Source: Gordius albopunctatus
Taxonomy: Eukaryota
NCBI GenBank assembly: GCA_964276515.1
Contig: OZ193909.1
Location: 5,332,001 to 5,396,000, forward strand
Reading direction: 5' to 3'
Length of the DNA: 64,000 bases
Part shown: piece after piece, positions 1 to 13,600 of the stretch
Layout of the letters: the number at the start of each line of letters is the position of its first letter
How positions within the stretch are numbered: the stretch's first letter is position 1
Notes under the pieces: generated by a model
Database searches by the model: none
What the model was told of the DNA's origin: nothing
Seen by the model: the letters and a program-made list of their open reading frames with translations, nothing else
Translations under genes and position numbers: made by a program

Positions 1-3000
1 GTTTACTATGGTGATGAATTCAACAGACTAGTGTTATGTGGGTCAAGTATTGGTTGCAACCCTGAAGCATTCATAGACTCTTGGGCAACTAAGTCTCATA
101 TAACCTATACCTCTACTTTTTTTCTCGCCAAGAAATTTCACGGGGAAATAATAAGTAAACTTTACAACCTAAGCGAATGACATGAAATGTGTTGGAAAGT
201 CAGGGGCTTGATTTATATTTATTTGGTAAATTCTTTTAAATGTGAACTTTTCTATTCAAAAATTAAAATTTATAATATAATATTATTTAAGAACACCCTC
301 CCTTGTATTTTAAACACCTCTTTCACAAATGAATCTTCAAAACTAAAATTTGTCTTTATTATGAATTTCTCCGTGAGCTATAATTTTGGCATATTACTAA
401 AAGAAGTCGGCCTATATTGTATATTCAATATTGTTATTAAAGGTCTAAAAATGGCAAATTTTAAAACCAGTTTAAACAATAATCTAAGCTACCTTATCCC
501 TTTCTTAACCGAGTGTGTAGGCCAATTTAAAATGTTAGGAGATTTTAAAACAGTTATACTAGAATTACTCTTAAATGACGACAGATATGTAATAACAGCA
601 ATAATGCAATGATTTTTTTGAGGGAGTTATGCTGACGAAGTTAACACAGCGTAAAGATTTAACGCAATTAAATCTTAATTCCGCAACTTTATTATGTCAG
701 ATATCTTTGCGCTTGCTATGTATAACAGGAAGTTTAATAACTAACTCTAGTACCTTTGTAGGGCAGAGTTAATAGTTTTACTCTATTTAATTTTCACGAA
801 CCATGATTCTCCAGGAAATTCCTTGCTAATTTATGACTTTAATTTTTACTTGACGCTGCAATTTACAGTTAACAAAGGATATTTTTGCAACTCATTTCAA
901 AATCATGTTATAAAAGCCGCAACTACAATATCTCTTGTGCCACCCTAATATTTGAACAAGACCAATTTTAAAATATTTTACGATGTTAATCGATGGAACT
1001 GATACGTGGGAGCAAATACACTTAACAATGGCTATTTGGATGTTTAACCTCATCCAATTCATAAACAAGAATTTATAAGGACTAAAATTATTTCGGGTAC
1101 TATAGTCGTTTGTAGGTCATAAAATAATAAAACTTTGCTATATAATGAAGCAAATAAAGTTCGTAAAAAATTATGAGAACTAAGATTATTACAAGCTCAG
1201 GCAGGGCAGGATAACTAATCACTGTTTAGGATCCGCTCTGGCCTAAGATCAAACGTATGTTTTACATTGAGGGGCGCTTTAAAACTATTTACTAAGGATG
1301 AGCACGTTAAATATAGTTGTAAAATCTGGGTGCTGGGATACTTTTAATAAGCCTTATTCAAAATAATAATACTAAGTATAAATAATCACGAATTAAATCG
1401 CGGTGACTATGTATTTTTAGAACGAAATGGTTGTTGCAGATGAGGGTCTGGTTATTAAGTTGTAAGAGATTGAAGTCTTTTGTATCTGAGCAATTTTCAA
1501 ATATTTATACATTTTCTAGCTGGTAAAGATGCGTTAATATGTTATAATTTTAATGGCGTCAATTAATAAAAGAACATAAAACTTAACTTTATACAAATTA
1601 TCTAAATATCAATTCAATGTATTTCGCACATTTGGTTGATTTGATTGAGTGATTTGTAATTTGCGAACTTAAGAAAAGCCATATCTCTCAGAAATCAAGA
1701 ATTTTTTCATAAAGAAAAGATATGTTAAAAAACTATTTTTATAAAAAATTTCTTTTCCAATATTAGGGTTTTTTAGATACATAGTTATCATTAAATAATA
1801 CTGTTAGCAATTATATTGAAAATATAAAGTGTTATGCTATAATAAAATATCATAGCGATCATTTTATTATAAATTTCATAAATGAAGATTCCAAAGGAAT
1901 ATTTAAACATAGTGTTTTGATCTATTAGTACCCTCCATAAATAATGGAGGACCAATTCCATTATATAAAAAGAATAGATTATTTTCTACGCATAAATTAG
2001 CTGACTTTCATACTAAAATAAAAAATTTAGAAGTATCTTGTATATTAGGAAAACTAATTAAAAAAACATTATGAGTTTGTTTAATAATTATTTGTAATAA
2101 GATAACCTGTAACTTCCTATTTAATATTTAAAAATGCCACATTACTAACTCTTCTAATCATATTTACAAATTTAAATAAAATGTATTAGATGTGTAGGTT
2201 CAATAAGGCGAATGGGAGAGAAGAGATTTTGATATTTTTGACTACAGAGGGGACCATTATAAGAACCAAATGTAAAAAAATGGAGATTTTAGCAAAATGA
2301 AGGGTTTTAAGCCTTTACACTCCCACTTATTCTACAAATTTCAGGCTAAAATTTTTTAGACGCGGTTTTGAAATTTTATTATTATATAAATATACATGTT
2401 TAAAATTCTATTTACATGATTAATTATTGATTTTTAATTTATTTAAACAATCCTCACAGCTTTTATTAAAAATACAATTTAAGGAATAAAGTATTTCCTA
2501 AGTGTACTTTAAAAGTAGGAAGTAGTTGATGAAGTGAAAATCTAAGTCGTACTCGAATTGATTTATACTTGAGCATCGGAGGAATTAATTAATAAACACT
2601 GAATAGAATACGACTAATCCACAAGTAATAATATAATAGGCTTCATTCCCTTAACACCACCATTGGTAACACTTCAAGCTATGTTTCCTAACTCTAGTAT
2701 ACAATTTAGAGCCAAAATAAGAGAGTGTACTTAATTGTTCATAACACCTTAGTATTAACTACACGTCATTTTAGCACCTTCATTCCTCTCACTAGTTTCG
2801 CCCAGTCATTGAAATATATGTTAGTACAATGATGAGATTCAATTTAATCCTTCGATCAAATAATTATTATTATTGAATGAGTCTCCAACTATTTAAAACT
2901 TAGTTTTATAAATTTTAACCAAAATTAGTCACAAAATTGTATCAATCTTAACGAATTTGATTATAACTTTTAAAATAATAATAATTGTTAAGCTCAAAGG

Positions 3001-5743
3001 TTATTTATTATTATGAATAACATACACTAAATAAAAAGGTATTTCTTGTGTAAAAAGTATCAATATCTGCTAAAAAGGTCATCATAGATCTAGGTGAAAG
3101 TTTAGGTCACAATTAATTCTTAAGTTAATAAAAGACTACGACACTAATATATTTTTAATTAAGTTGATAAATTAAATGAACTTATGTTATCGTTTTTTTT
3201 AGAAATTTGAGATAAGGATCTTTATAGACGTAGTCCTCGAATCTGAATAAGAAAAGGTGAATTTATAGCTTTCCATTACTCAATATTAAGTCTAAAATAC
3301 TGTATATCAAGATATGATTGTTGCTTAAATGTGTAAAAAAATGAAAAGTATCGTTAGAATTTCGCCCTTTTAACGATCTTTTTTATTTAATAAAAAAATA
3401 CAACTAAGTTTACTTTTTATAACTTTACTTTAACAATTAGACAAAAATGTATTTTAAATATGAATTTTTTATCATAACTTAATATTTAAAACATTATGTC
3501 CATTAGGAGTATAAAAGGATATGTTTTATAAGGAAATTTGGTGACAAATTAAAATTCAACGTTAGATGGCATATAAATGATAAATAGTTTTCCTTTAAAC
3601 TAAAACTATTTCTGTTGCAATTTTATAAATCTTAGGCTTAAATGAAAATCTAAGGGAAATACCTTTAAGTTGCAGAACTAAAAAAATGTTTTAAATAATC
3701 ACCTGTTAAGGACTACATAATGTAGGATGCGGGGACTTAGGACAGTATAATAAATACTATTTTAATTTGCTTGTAAAATAGGGTAAATAATATAATTCAG
3801 AACGAGGTAGTTTTTTAGGCATTATGAAGTTCTAACATCTCTAACTTAAATACTGTAAAAATAGTTGAAACTTGTAAGTTTTTTAAGTTAAAATTATATT
3901 AGAGTATAATAATTTCATTACATAAAAGTTTTTAAGGATTATCAAATCAGGTTCAAGTCTTATTATATCGACTGCTTGTAACCATTTTTTAATTAAAAAT
4001 AAAGATTGTCGATTTTAAGCTGTCGGTAAGGGGTCAGCCTCAGACTCTAGCTATTATTACATAAAATATGTTCGAAATTTTAATTTTAACAAATGATATA
4101 ATTCAAATGATTAAATACTTTTTGTGGAATGATTTCATAAATAACCGGCTATGAAGAAATTAGGATTTACCATTAAAACAATATAAGGGTTTTCATTTAA
4201 AAATCGCGTATGTAAATATGACAAGCTCATTCGAGCATGTTATATAAATATTGAAGTTTAACGACGCCTTTCCGATGATATCCACGAAATGCGACATTCT
4301 TTTGATGATATACTTTTAAATGTGAGAAAAAGGGGGAGGGGAGGGTCATTAACTACTTGCAACCACACAATGGGGAATGGGAATTTGATTGACGTGAGAA
4401 CACTGGAAACTGAAACTTTGCAGTTGGGAAAATTGTTATCGCTAATTCTATACGATCTCTGCCTAGTTGTGGACTCTAGTGTCCATTTTTATTCAGCGAA
4501 AATGATGATTTTCCAAAAATAAACATATATTCGTATCTAAAACGCAGCTATGAAACAAGCCGAATGGTTTAAATTTTAAGGTAAGAAAGTGTGTGATTTC
4601 ATTTTAGGGTGAAATGAAGGGAGGTGAGAAGAGAGGGTATAGGTTTAAACAACTAAATTTGCCCTAATTTTGGTTTACAACTGCATGCGAGTTGCCTTTG
4701 CCAATGAAGCTTTCACTAACTTTTCAAATATATACACTGTAACTTAGAGCGGAGGAAAATCACGGGATCCCCTCTTTCTCTGTTATAACGTGCAAATAGT
4801 AATTAGCTGCTGCAATTTTAGTCCTGGAGCAGAGCACGATATACCACAGCGTAGGCGCCGTAGCCTTCGACAAGCAAACTGAAGTTTAATCACTATGCAA
4901 CCACCTCCCATATTCGCTATAGTTTACTTCAATAAGGCGAAATAGGAAAAAATTTAGTAATTTTAGGATTAACTTTTTTCCCTTTTCCTGGTTTTATAAT
5001 TTTTATTAAAACATGAAAACGTCTTGTTTGCCTCGCCTAAACCGTTTTATTTAACTTTATTAATGGTGGAATTATCCAAAAAAATTCCTTATTAAAAGCT
5101 GAAATTTTTAAATAAATTGTCTTTTAAAGAGATACTTATTATTTTAATCTACCCTCTATCACGCACGATCCCAAAGAATTTGTCTACATCAAGCAGAAAA
5201 TTACGGTGGAAATTGTAAAATCTAATACAATCTCAATACATGGCTCGATGATGCCATCTTATTAATTTAATATATTTTAGCATATAACATACATAATTAT
5301 TTGGAAATAAACTTCTGATAAATAAAAAAAATCTATTAAATATGGCCAGACTTCCAAGTTTTCGTGCATCAACTTTTATTATTTGTATATTCAAAACTTA
5401 TTTATGATTATTACCATGGGTGTAGCCATGACAGGGAGGGGCGGGTGCCCCTAAATCCAAATGGTTCTTGCAGATTTAATAAAAATATGGCTAAATATAT
5501 AACAGTTATCTAATGCTGCTCGCTACGACGACTAAGATTATTATTTAAATAACGTTTAAAATATGGCAAGTTTATAAGGTATGCGTTCAATGTGATCAGT
5601 GTTTTTAAATCGACGCCTGTACAAACGAAGGTGTTTTTAGGGTTTAATTAAGAAAGCATAGTGGGAAGATCGTCCAACGTTACATGTTTTGTGGGAGAAA
5701 AATTAACGAATTTAGCGATTTTGGCGATATTTACAGCCTAAGG

Positions 5744-6023
5744 GGGCTTGTCTTAATATCGGATTTTGCTGCGCAGCAAAAATCGTTGTACGGGTTATAA
5801 CATAGCCGTGTCTTAACTTCGAATTTACAGCAGATTTGCATTTCGGACGCATAATATAAGAGCGATTAATCTCAAGAGTTGAAAGAAATAAAAAAAGGGA
5901 TTTAACTATCAAAAAACAAAATATTAATAATTGCAACCGAGTCTGACACATGAAATTGAATCGTATATTTGATAAAGATGAATTCGCGCCATTTGAATCT
6001 GAATCCGATATTAAGACAAGCCC
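5744..6023. mobile_element. PIF/Harbinger-like MITE, same family as 22128-22799, reverse orientation
   Basis: TIRs GGGCTTGTCTTAATATCGGATT / AATCCGATATTAAGACAAGCCC, flanked by TAAGG on both sides. Confidence 0.85.
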
Positions 6024-7479
6024 TAAGGAAGTCTTTTAGTGGTGGTAATACTTGGATCTAAAGCAGCGATTTCTTTTCTAACATTACCATTATGTCGTTG
6101 ATGTCTATCTAAATCCTCATACATCCCCCGCTCCGAGCTGAGTAATTTGCACCATCATTTTGATTACTCTTTTCAATTTTTCTCCTAGTGTCACCTCACC
6201 ACCATAGCATCTCACGTTTAGTGCCGTTTTGCTTGTAGTAGTCCGCCTAGAACACCACTCATTTTACTGAGCAAAGCATCCTTGACATATATAACTAATC
6301 TCGTGAATTAGTTACTACAAAGTCAAATGAGAATTTTATAAAATTTATTTATTTGTTGGAAATTTATTAATAAATTTAGCTTCTCCAAAACATATGAAAT
6401 TACAAAAAAGTGGTTAAAACAAGTTATTTGAATAAAAAGTATATCATGTTTAGCTAGAAACTGACATCTTAAGGGATTATATATATGTGGCAATTTTTAA
6501 CCTGGAAGATTTACAATCGACACTGTAAAAATACATAGTTAAAAAAGTGTAATAAATTTCCGGAAAAAATTAATTCGATGTGGAAAAAGCAGCGATACAA
6601 AGACACCATTATGCCCTTCAAATTCAAAAATATTAAAATTTTTGTTCTAATTATATTATAAAATTAATACATACCTGTGTGGATATGATTGTGGGCAAAA
6701 TTATGTATAATTTTTCCTCATCCTTAACAAGTTGGCATGTTAGACATATGAGAAACCAAGGATATTTGACAAAAAAATCGATTAATCAATTTGCCAAATA
6801 AACAATAACGCAAAATAGATTTCTAATGTTAAGGTTTATAATGTCGAAAAATTATAAATTGAATTTAAAATTTTATAATTTTATTTAGATGCTAGTATAA
6901 ATTTAAAACAAAGTATGTTTTGCAATTGTAAAATTACACTATTATCAATTAGGGGTTAAATATATTAGTTAGTATGGTTTCGTTATTTATCTTTAAAATG
7001 AATAAAATACTAAATTTTGAATATACAAGAATATAATGGATTTCTCAACAAAACGTTTTATTTTAAAATATATTAATATATTGCTAGTTTAATAAAATCT
7101 ATTAAACCTTTAGGTACCGCTTCATAATATATAAACATATATACGTTTGTTCAAAAGAAGTTAAACAACAATTTAAGAAATTTAATTGTCAATATTTGCA
7201 AATCAAAACATATTTTCCCTTTTCTCAAAAATTTTGTTCAGCAACAATTTCAGTACTGTTTTTCTGCCTTAAGAGTATCGAAGTTTCTCATAAGGAAGCA
7301 TCTAGTTGAGATTCCTTTTTTCTAAGAACTAATTCTTCTGACACTTTACTTGCACTCATATTTATAAAATTTATCACATCTATTATGTGTTTATTAAGGG
7401 ACATTTAGATTACTTAAATAATAATTATTTTGATAAACTAAAACAAGCAGCGGCGTAGCTAGGGGGGAGCCAAGGTGGT

Positions 7480-9020
7480 CAAGAGGAATAGGACAGGGAA
7501 AAAGACTAATTATTGGAGCGGATTTTAACGCCTTCGTAGCAAAAGATAGTTTCGGGTATGAACAAAATCATTGATGCTATGGGCATGTTGTAAAGAACAA
7601 AGACAAGTATACGACATGATGAACGTTAACACCTATTTTCAAAAACGCGAAGGTCATATTGTGACTTATAGAAGTGAGAAGAATTTGATAAGTGAAACAA
7701 GGAGAAGAAATCGCCATGCAACATCGTCCACTTGTCCTAAAAGCAGAAGGGTTTATGAAGCCCGAATTTCATACGAAACGCTAAAGGATATATCGAAGAA
7801 CGGTAAATATCATCAAAAAGCCTCCTCACTCTTGGGTGGAAGGAAGTTGCTAAGGGGCGTATACGATGATTGGGAGACGCTAACCTAGGGTTAAGGATTT
7901 TATCGAAAGAAAGAAAAATCTATATAGACTGTGGCCTAAAACAAAAATTTCAGAGGATTATCAAGAGTTTAGGGAATCTAAGACGTCCCGAAAAAAGCCG
8001 TTGCAATAGCGAAAAATGCTGCGCTGCGTACACCTATATAGCAAACAAACTAGGTCAAGGGGCCAACAGGTCTATCAAGATAAGGAAGAAAAAAGTGGTG
8101 ATGTCGGAGTCCAGAAAATAGTCAAAAACGAGAAGGGTTAAACCTTTTCAAGTCAAAGGAAATGATGGAAAGATGGAAAGGATATTTCAAGGGACTTATG
8201 AATATTGCAAATAATAAAGTTTCCCTTCCCGATATTGAGCCAAACTAAATATGGTCAAACTATTCCAGCAGGCTGAAGTTAGAACACATATGAACAAGAT
8301 GCAAAAGGAAAAGCTAATGGCCTTGATGGAATATTTATGGAAGCATTGCTCAGAAGCTGTGACGAACTTCTTTAACAAGATATTTGTATAAGAGCGAATT
8401 CCTAATCAATGGATTGCAAGCAAGATTATACACTAAATCAAAGGCAGAGGAAATTAGTGCGTTAGGACGACAGTTAATAACTATAAACCTTTTTAAGTTG
8501 AAATTGAGTTTTATCAAGGATTTGCTCTGAGTCCTTTTTTATTTAATATAATTATGGACACGACAACGAGAGACGTTTAAAAGACATCTCCTTGCTTGTA
8601 TATGTCCATGACGTAATACTATGCGAAGAGACAAAGGAGAAAGTATTTGAAGAAGCTAAAAAGTGGTCAGAACGCTAAGCAAAATATGGTTTAAAGGTCA
8701 ACGATGGAAAAACGGTATAAATGAATGTGAACGTTACAGGCATCTCATCAAAAGATGACCATCTAAAGTATACAAAGGTAGACAAATTTACATACTTCGG
8801 CTTGATTTTACATTAAGAGGGAGGTTGTGCAACAGAAGTCAATGCCCGGATTCAAAAATGATGACTGTTTAATAGCGAGTTCGGCGTAATATGCGACAAG
8901 AAAATGCCATATGCTTGAAGAGAAAAGCTTACAAGTCCATTGTAAGACCGGTGTTACTATATGGAAGTGAACATGGGCATTAAACACCACGGAATAAAAT
9001 TGATAACAAGGATGAAAATG
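7480..9020 (+). mobile_element. Decayed RTE-type LINE (AP endonuclease + RT remnants)
   Basis: Broken-frame motifs IIGADFNA, NTYFQKREGHIVTYRS, YQGFALSPFLFNIIMD, VDKFTYFG and KSIVRPVLLYGSETWAL, with many stops and frameshifts. Confidence 0.8.
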
Positions 9021-9550
9021 GCACGGTTGAATTTGGGGTATACGAAGCTCGACCATATAACAAATGACTTTCTAATGACATAAATAGTTATTCAGCCTAT
9101 GACTGACTTGAACAAATTTCTATAAGAATATTATTCAAGACATAAAATTTCCCGAATAAGATGGAAAAAATTTGTCAAAACAAATAATAATATATATAAG
9201 AATAAATATTTTTTGATGAAAATTACCTTCAGGAATAAATTTTTTAATAAAATATAATTTAACTTTTTAAATAAAGCAACAACAGGAATTTAAAATCCAA
9301 TACTTTATTAATAAAAAGCTATTATAATTGATAACAGATTGCTTTAAAATAGATATCTAAGAATGCCTAATCGCAGCATAAATGTTTAACACTTAAGAAA
9401 TTTAAAATCTGTTTATTAGTAAAACTTATAGGCTTGGCTTTAGTCTATGTTAAACCATAAGGATAAAATATATTTAAATACAATAGAGCAATATGTAATT
9501 GCTCCTCTGTTCATAGCCTCTAAATCTAGCCCATCATTGCTTTTACTAGA

Positions 9551-10274
9551 TGTCGTGTCCCCACGGGACCGGGACAATAAATAACTCAACCCGTACCCTA
9601 AATGCCCCTGCCTTGGTGTTAGTATTCCCTTATTATTTGAGTTAATTATGGATTAAGGAGGGGGGAGCAGGTGTAGTTAAGCAGGGGATTGAGTATTGTA
9701 TTCTCATAGTGAGGAGAGCGGTCAAGATTAAGCAGTTCAAAAAGATGTAAGAAAAGATAAGCTTAAAATGTGGCCGGAAAAGGCCTAGTAGATAAAGAGA
9801 AGTAAATGTAATAAATAAAGGGAACAGGCGGGGGTTAGAAAACCTGGTGGTCATGATAAGAATCCCTGTTTGGAGTAAAAAAGAATTAATTAAAGGGATA
9901 TATTTATTTTACAGTTAATTCCCCGTTCGGCGAATTACCGTATCTTCTCTGACCTTACAAACCGTGCGAAATTCCCTTCACGTCTAAGATACTACTATTA
10001 TTATTATTATATATTTTTTGTTATCGCTTTACGAAGTTTTACGAAATTCCCTTCCTCGCTACAATCCCTAAGATAATTATAATTGCCACGCTAATTGTAT
10101 CCTATGACGTGACTTGTATCGAATATAAAGATCAAATAAAGTTCACTTATTGTAAATTGATTCTGGACTACGTTCACTCTCAATATGACCGAAAACATCT
10201 AAGGCATCAATATTTAACGACCGGGATTAAGAGCCAAAATCCCCTGAAACTATCACTCCAACCCGGACGTTACA
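9551..10274 (+). mobile_element. Putative solo LTR
   Basis: Imperfect terminal inverted repeat TGTCGTGTCC ... GGACGTTACA, with TATAAA near 10124 followed by AATAAA near 10135. No TSD is recognisable. Confidence 0.45.
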
Positions 10275-10336
10275 GAAGCCCTTGAACATAACAATTGACC
10301 AAGACTTACTGCATTCATCGCTACCGGACTAAACAC

Positions 10337-10539
10337 TAGAGTTGTTAGATTGCTAACTTGCTTTAACTCCAGCTACCATCTGCTTGAGTTTCTGCTCGGC
10401 TCTCGAGTATTTTTATATGTTACTGTTCTGGCTAGTGCAACAAACAGCAAGCACATATTGTGCTAACGTGCATATTAAGCAACTCAGTGTGTATGCTCAC
10501 CTCTGGAGTTTGAAGCAAGTTAGCAATTTAACAACTCTA
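10337..10539. mobile_element. hAT-type MITE (TAGAGTTGTTA TIR) about 100 bp upstream of the PAN2 ATG
   Basis: TIRs TAGAGTTGTTAGATTGCTAACTT / AAGTTAGCAATTTAACAACTCTA; internal sequence matches 18174-18375 in reverse. No intact TSD. Confidence 0.8.
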
Positions 10540-10641
10540 GATTTTACATTAAGCTTGGTTAACACGTGGAACAGATTGACATTGGAATTCTAAAAATCAT
10601 ATGACGAGGTAATTTCAAAATATTTTAAATTTTAAATTGCA

Positions 10642-13600
10642 ATGAATGCTCTCTTTACGTCCTACGTTGAAAACAATTTTCACGAATATCAACACATACA
10701 AAGCATTATTATAGACGGAGGACAAATTTATGGTGTATCCTATAATAAGTTTGACCCATATGAAGAGTTGTTGTGGGTTGGAAATATTGGGGTTAGATTT
10801 TCTTAATTTTTCCAAAATTTTTGTATTACATTAATATAAATTTTTTTGAAACCTAGGCTAATTATTTTATTATAGCAATTAAAATAAAACAAAATATATT
10901 TTTAAAGGGACATGTCACATCTTATTTTGGTGATCATTTAGAAAGATATACATCTTTTCAAATCCAAAACAATGAAGAAATTCGAAATCTTTTACCTCTT
11001 GAATATGGATTGTTCAGCCTAACAGCAAGTTTTATTAAAATGAATACACGTCAAGGACTGCCACAACTTAGTCTAAAGTGTGTACTTTTGACAAACTATT
11101 TAAAGTTTTTAATCATGTCTAAGTTTATCAAAACAGAATAATATTCTAAATCTTAATAAAAATTATTAAAAATTCTATTTAATATGTAAAAATTTAGATT
11201 AAATACAGAATTATATGGGAATGCACAATGTATGGTTGCACAAGATCATAATATCATATTAATAGGTGGTCAAGCAGATAATTTATTGCAAATTGACCTT
11301 AATAGATTTGATCAGCACATACAAGTAAAAATATTTAGTCTCAATTTTTTCTCTTAATCTTTAAACATAAATATTTAATATTTAAATGACAAAAAACTTG
11401 CTATATTTTAATATTGATGCATAAAATTTTGAGAATTGGAGAATTATTCATTTAATATTGTTTACCCTATAATGTAGCTCTTTATCATCATTTAATATAG
11501 TAAATATATAAAAAAAAAATTATTGAAATAGTGTTAATGCATATAGTTTGTAAAATGTGTTAATACCTTCTCCATTATTTGATTTAATTTACACTTATTT
11601 GCTTGAATTTATATTTATTTTTTGTAATTATTTTAGATACCCTTGGACCCTAATTCATCAACCTCTATTTTAAAGATCAATGACAAATATTTATACATTG
11701 GTGATGCCAATGGCAGGGTACACAAAATTCTTTAGATTTTTTCCTTTAATTCTACCTGAAAGGCTGCAAATTTAATATTTATACTTAATAAATTCAAGTC
11801 AAGATAATAGGTTTTAAAGCAATTATTTTTCAATATATATATATATAAATGCTTTTATAAGCTTTAACTCTCACACGACTCAGCTAATTTAAGTTGACAG
11901 CATAAGTCTTAAAAATCTTTTATTAATTTAAATATACATGCTAACACTCCAAATTTTAGCACTTACGTTTAAATGTGCTTATAAAAATTTTGCATTAAAA
12001 CTCAAGATATTACATATGTATATATATGTCTTTCACTGGTCAAAGTAAATTATTTACATATTTTTTTGCTTATTGCTAAATTCTCATCTATCTATATTAG
12101 TTAATTAGTTAAGTAAACAATTCTAGATGTTAGTTTTGGTTTGTAACACAAATAGCTAGGATTCGATTTTGTTCAAGCATGGCCCGAGGCAAGGAAAGTG
12201 CTACAAATGGAAAAAATTAACACAAATTAACTAAACCTCACTTGAAACCGATGTCGTATAATTTTGGACAATTTTATAAGATTTTCCTGCCTCCTCCCCC
12301 CCCTCAATACCCATAAACTAAATTTAATGTCGTTGTAACTGCTAGATTACTGTTAGAGACGTACGTGGTTACAAAACTGAACACGCCATTCAAGTCCACG
12401 CGGGATCCCTTTCCGATTTCGACATCTACAACAATACGTTAGTCACTTGTGGTGCCTTCAATAGGTATTATGGCCATAACATAAAGGAGATTTTATGATT
12501 ACTGCCAGGATATGAATTAGGTTTTATTAGTTGAATATAATAAAAGAAGTTTAAAATATTTGCGACGAGTGGAAGGGGCATCTGCCCCTCTCACCCCCCC
12601 CCCCCCTCCTGGTTGCATCCGCGCTTAGACGAAAAACATAAGAACCTATGAATTATGCATTACATCGGATTGTATTTGCGACAATTTAAATGTGTGCCCA
12701 TTTATTTTTTGTTTGGGACTAAAATTTGTTAATAAATAGAAGTTATTAAGCTAATGTAAAATATCGATGTTATTCCTAAAAAGCCGCGAACGCTTTTTCT
12801 TAACTCTATAATGGGCGCTGTATTTACCATAACCGGTGACCAAAAGAATATTCATTCTAGCTATAGTAGCCCTGTTCAGAGATCAGATTTGTTGGGAATT
12901 TTCTGCCCGAACCCGGCCTGACTAAATTTTTTACCTTCATTGCCCGCCCGGCCGCCCGAACCCATTTAAGTGTCCGCCGGGGCCCGCCCGAATTGTTAAA
13001 GCTGCCTGAATTGCCCGGCCTGAAATATTAAATTTGCCCGTTAGTCCAGAATTTATGAGGTCCCAAAAAGAGGTCGGAGGCCCGGTCCAATTTTAACTAA
13101 ATTGCCCGCCTGAACCCTTCTAAGTGTCGGCTCAGCCATGCCCAAACCATTAGAGCTGCCCGGCCTGATTAATAAAATTTTCCCGGTAGACCCGAAATTA
13201 TCCAATCCCAAAATTTTTAGCCACTATTACAAAATAAGCAATGGCATATTGATCCAAACAAAGTTGACAATATTTTATTATTCATATCGTCGACAATTTC
13301 CGGGGATAATCTTGTGCGTCTTTCCTCTATTAATCTTCCTGCGATAGAAAAACTTCTTTCACTAGCAGCACTCGTCGCCGGGATGGCAAAGAGTATTTTT
13401 TGTAAACCTTGCTAATTTAGGATACATAAAATAGTTATAATGTTCAATAACTTTAATGTGACTTGTTTGCTTTATTTTTCCACCATGTTTTTTTAGTTAG
13501 AAATTAAATGAATTACAATTATGCGCATTGTTAGAAAATGGCATGAGCCTTTGTTTTAAGTCTAGACGGCACACATGTGTAGTGTATTGCGAACAATGAA

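Noticed and set aside
187..612. 141-aa ORF and most other 60-100 aa ORFs in the track
   Set aside because: They have AT-biased F/I/L/K/N composition and no recognisable motifs, or they are antisense to real exons or lie inside repeats.
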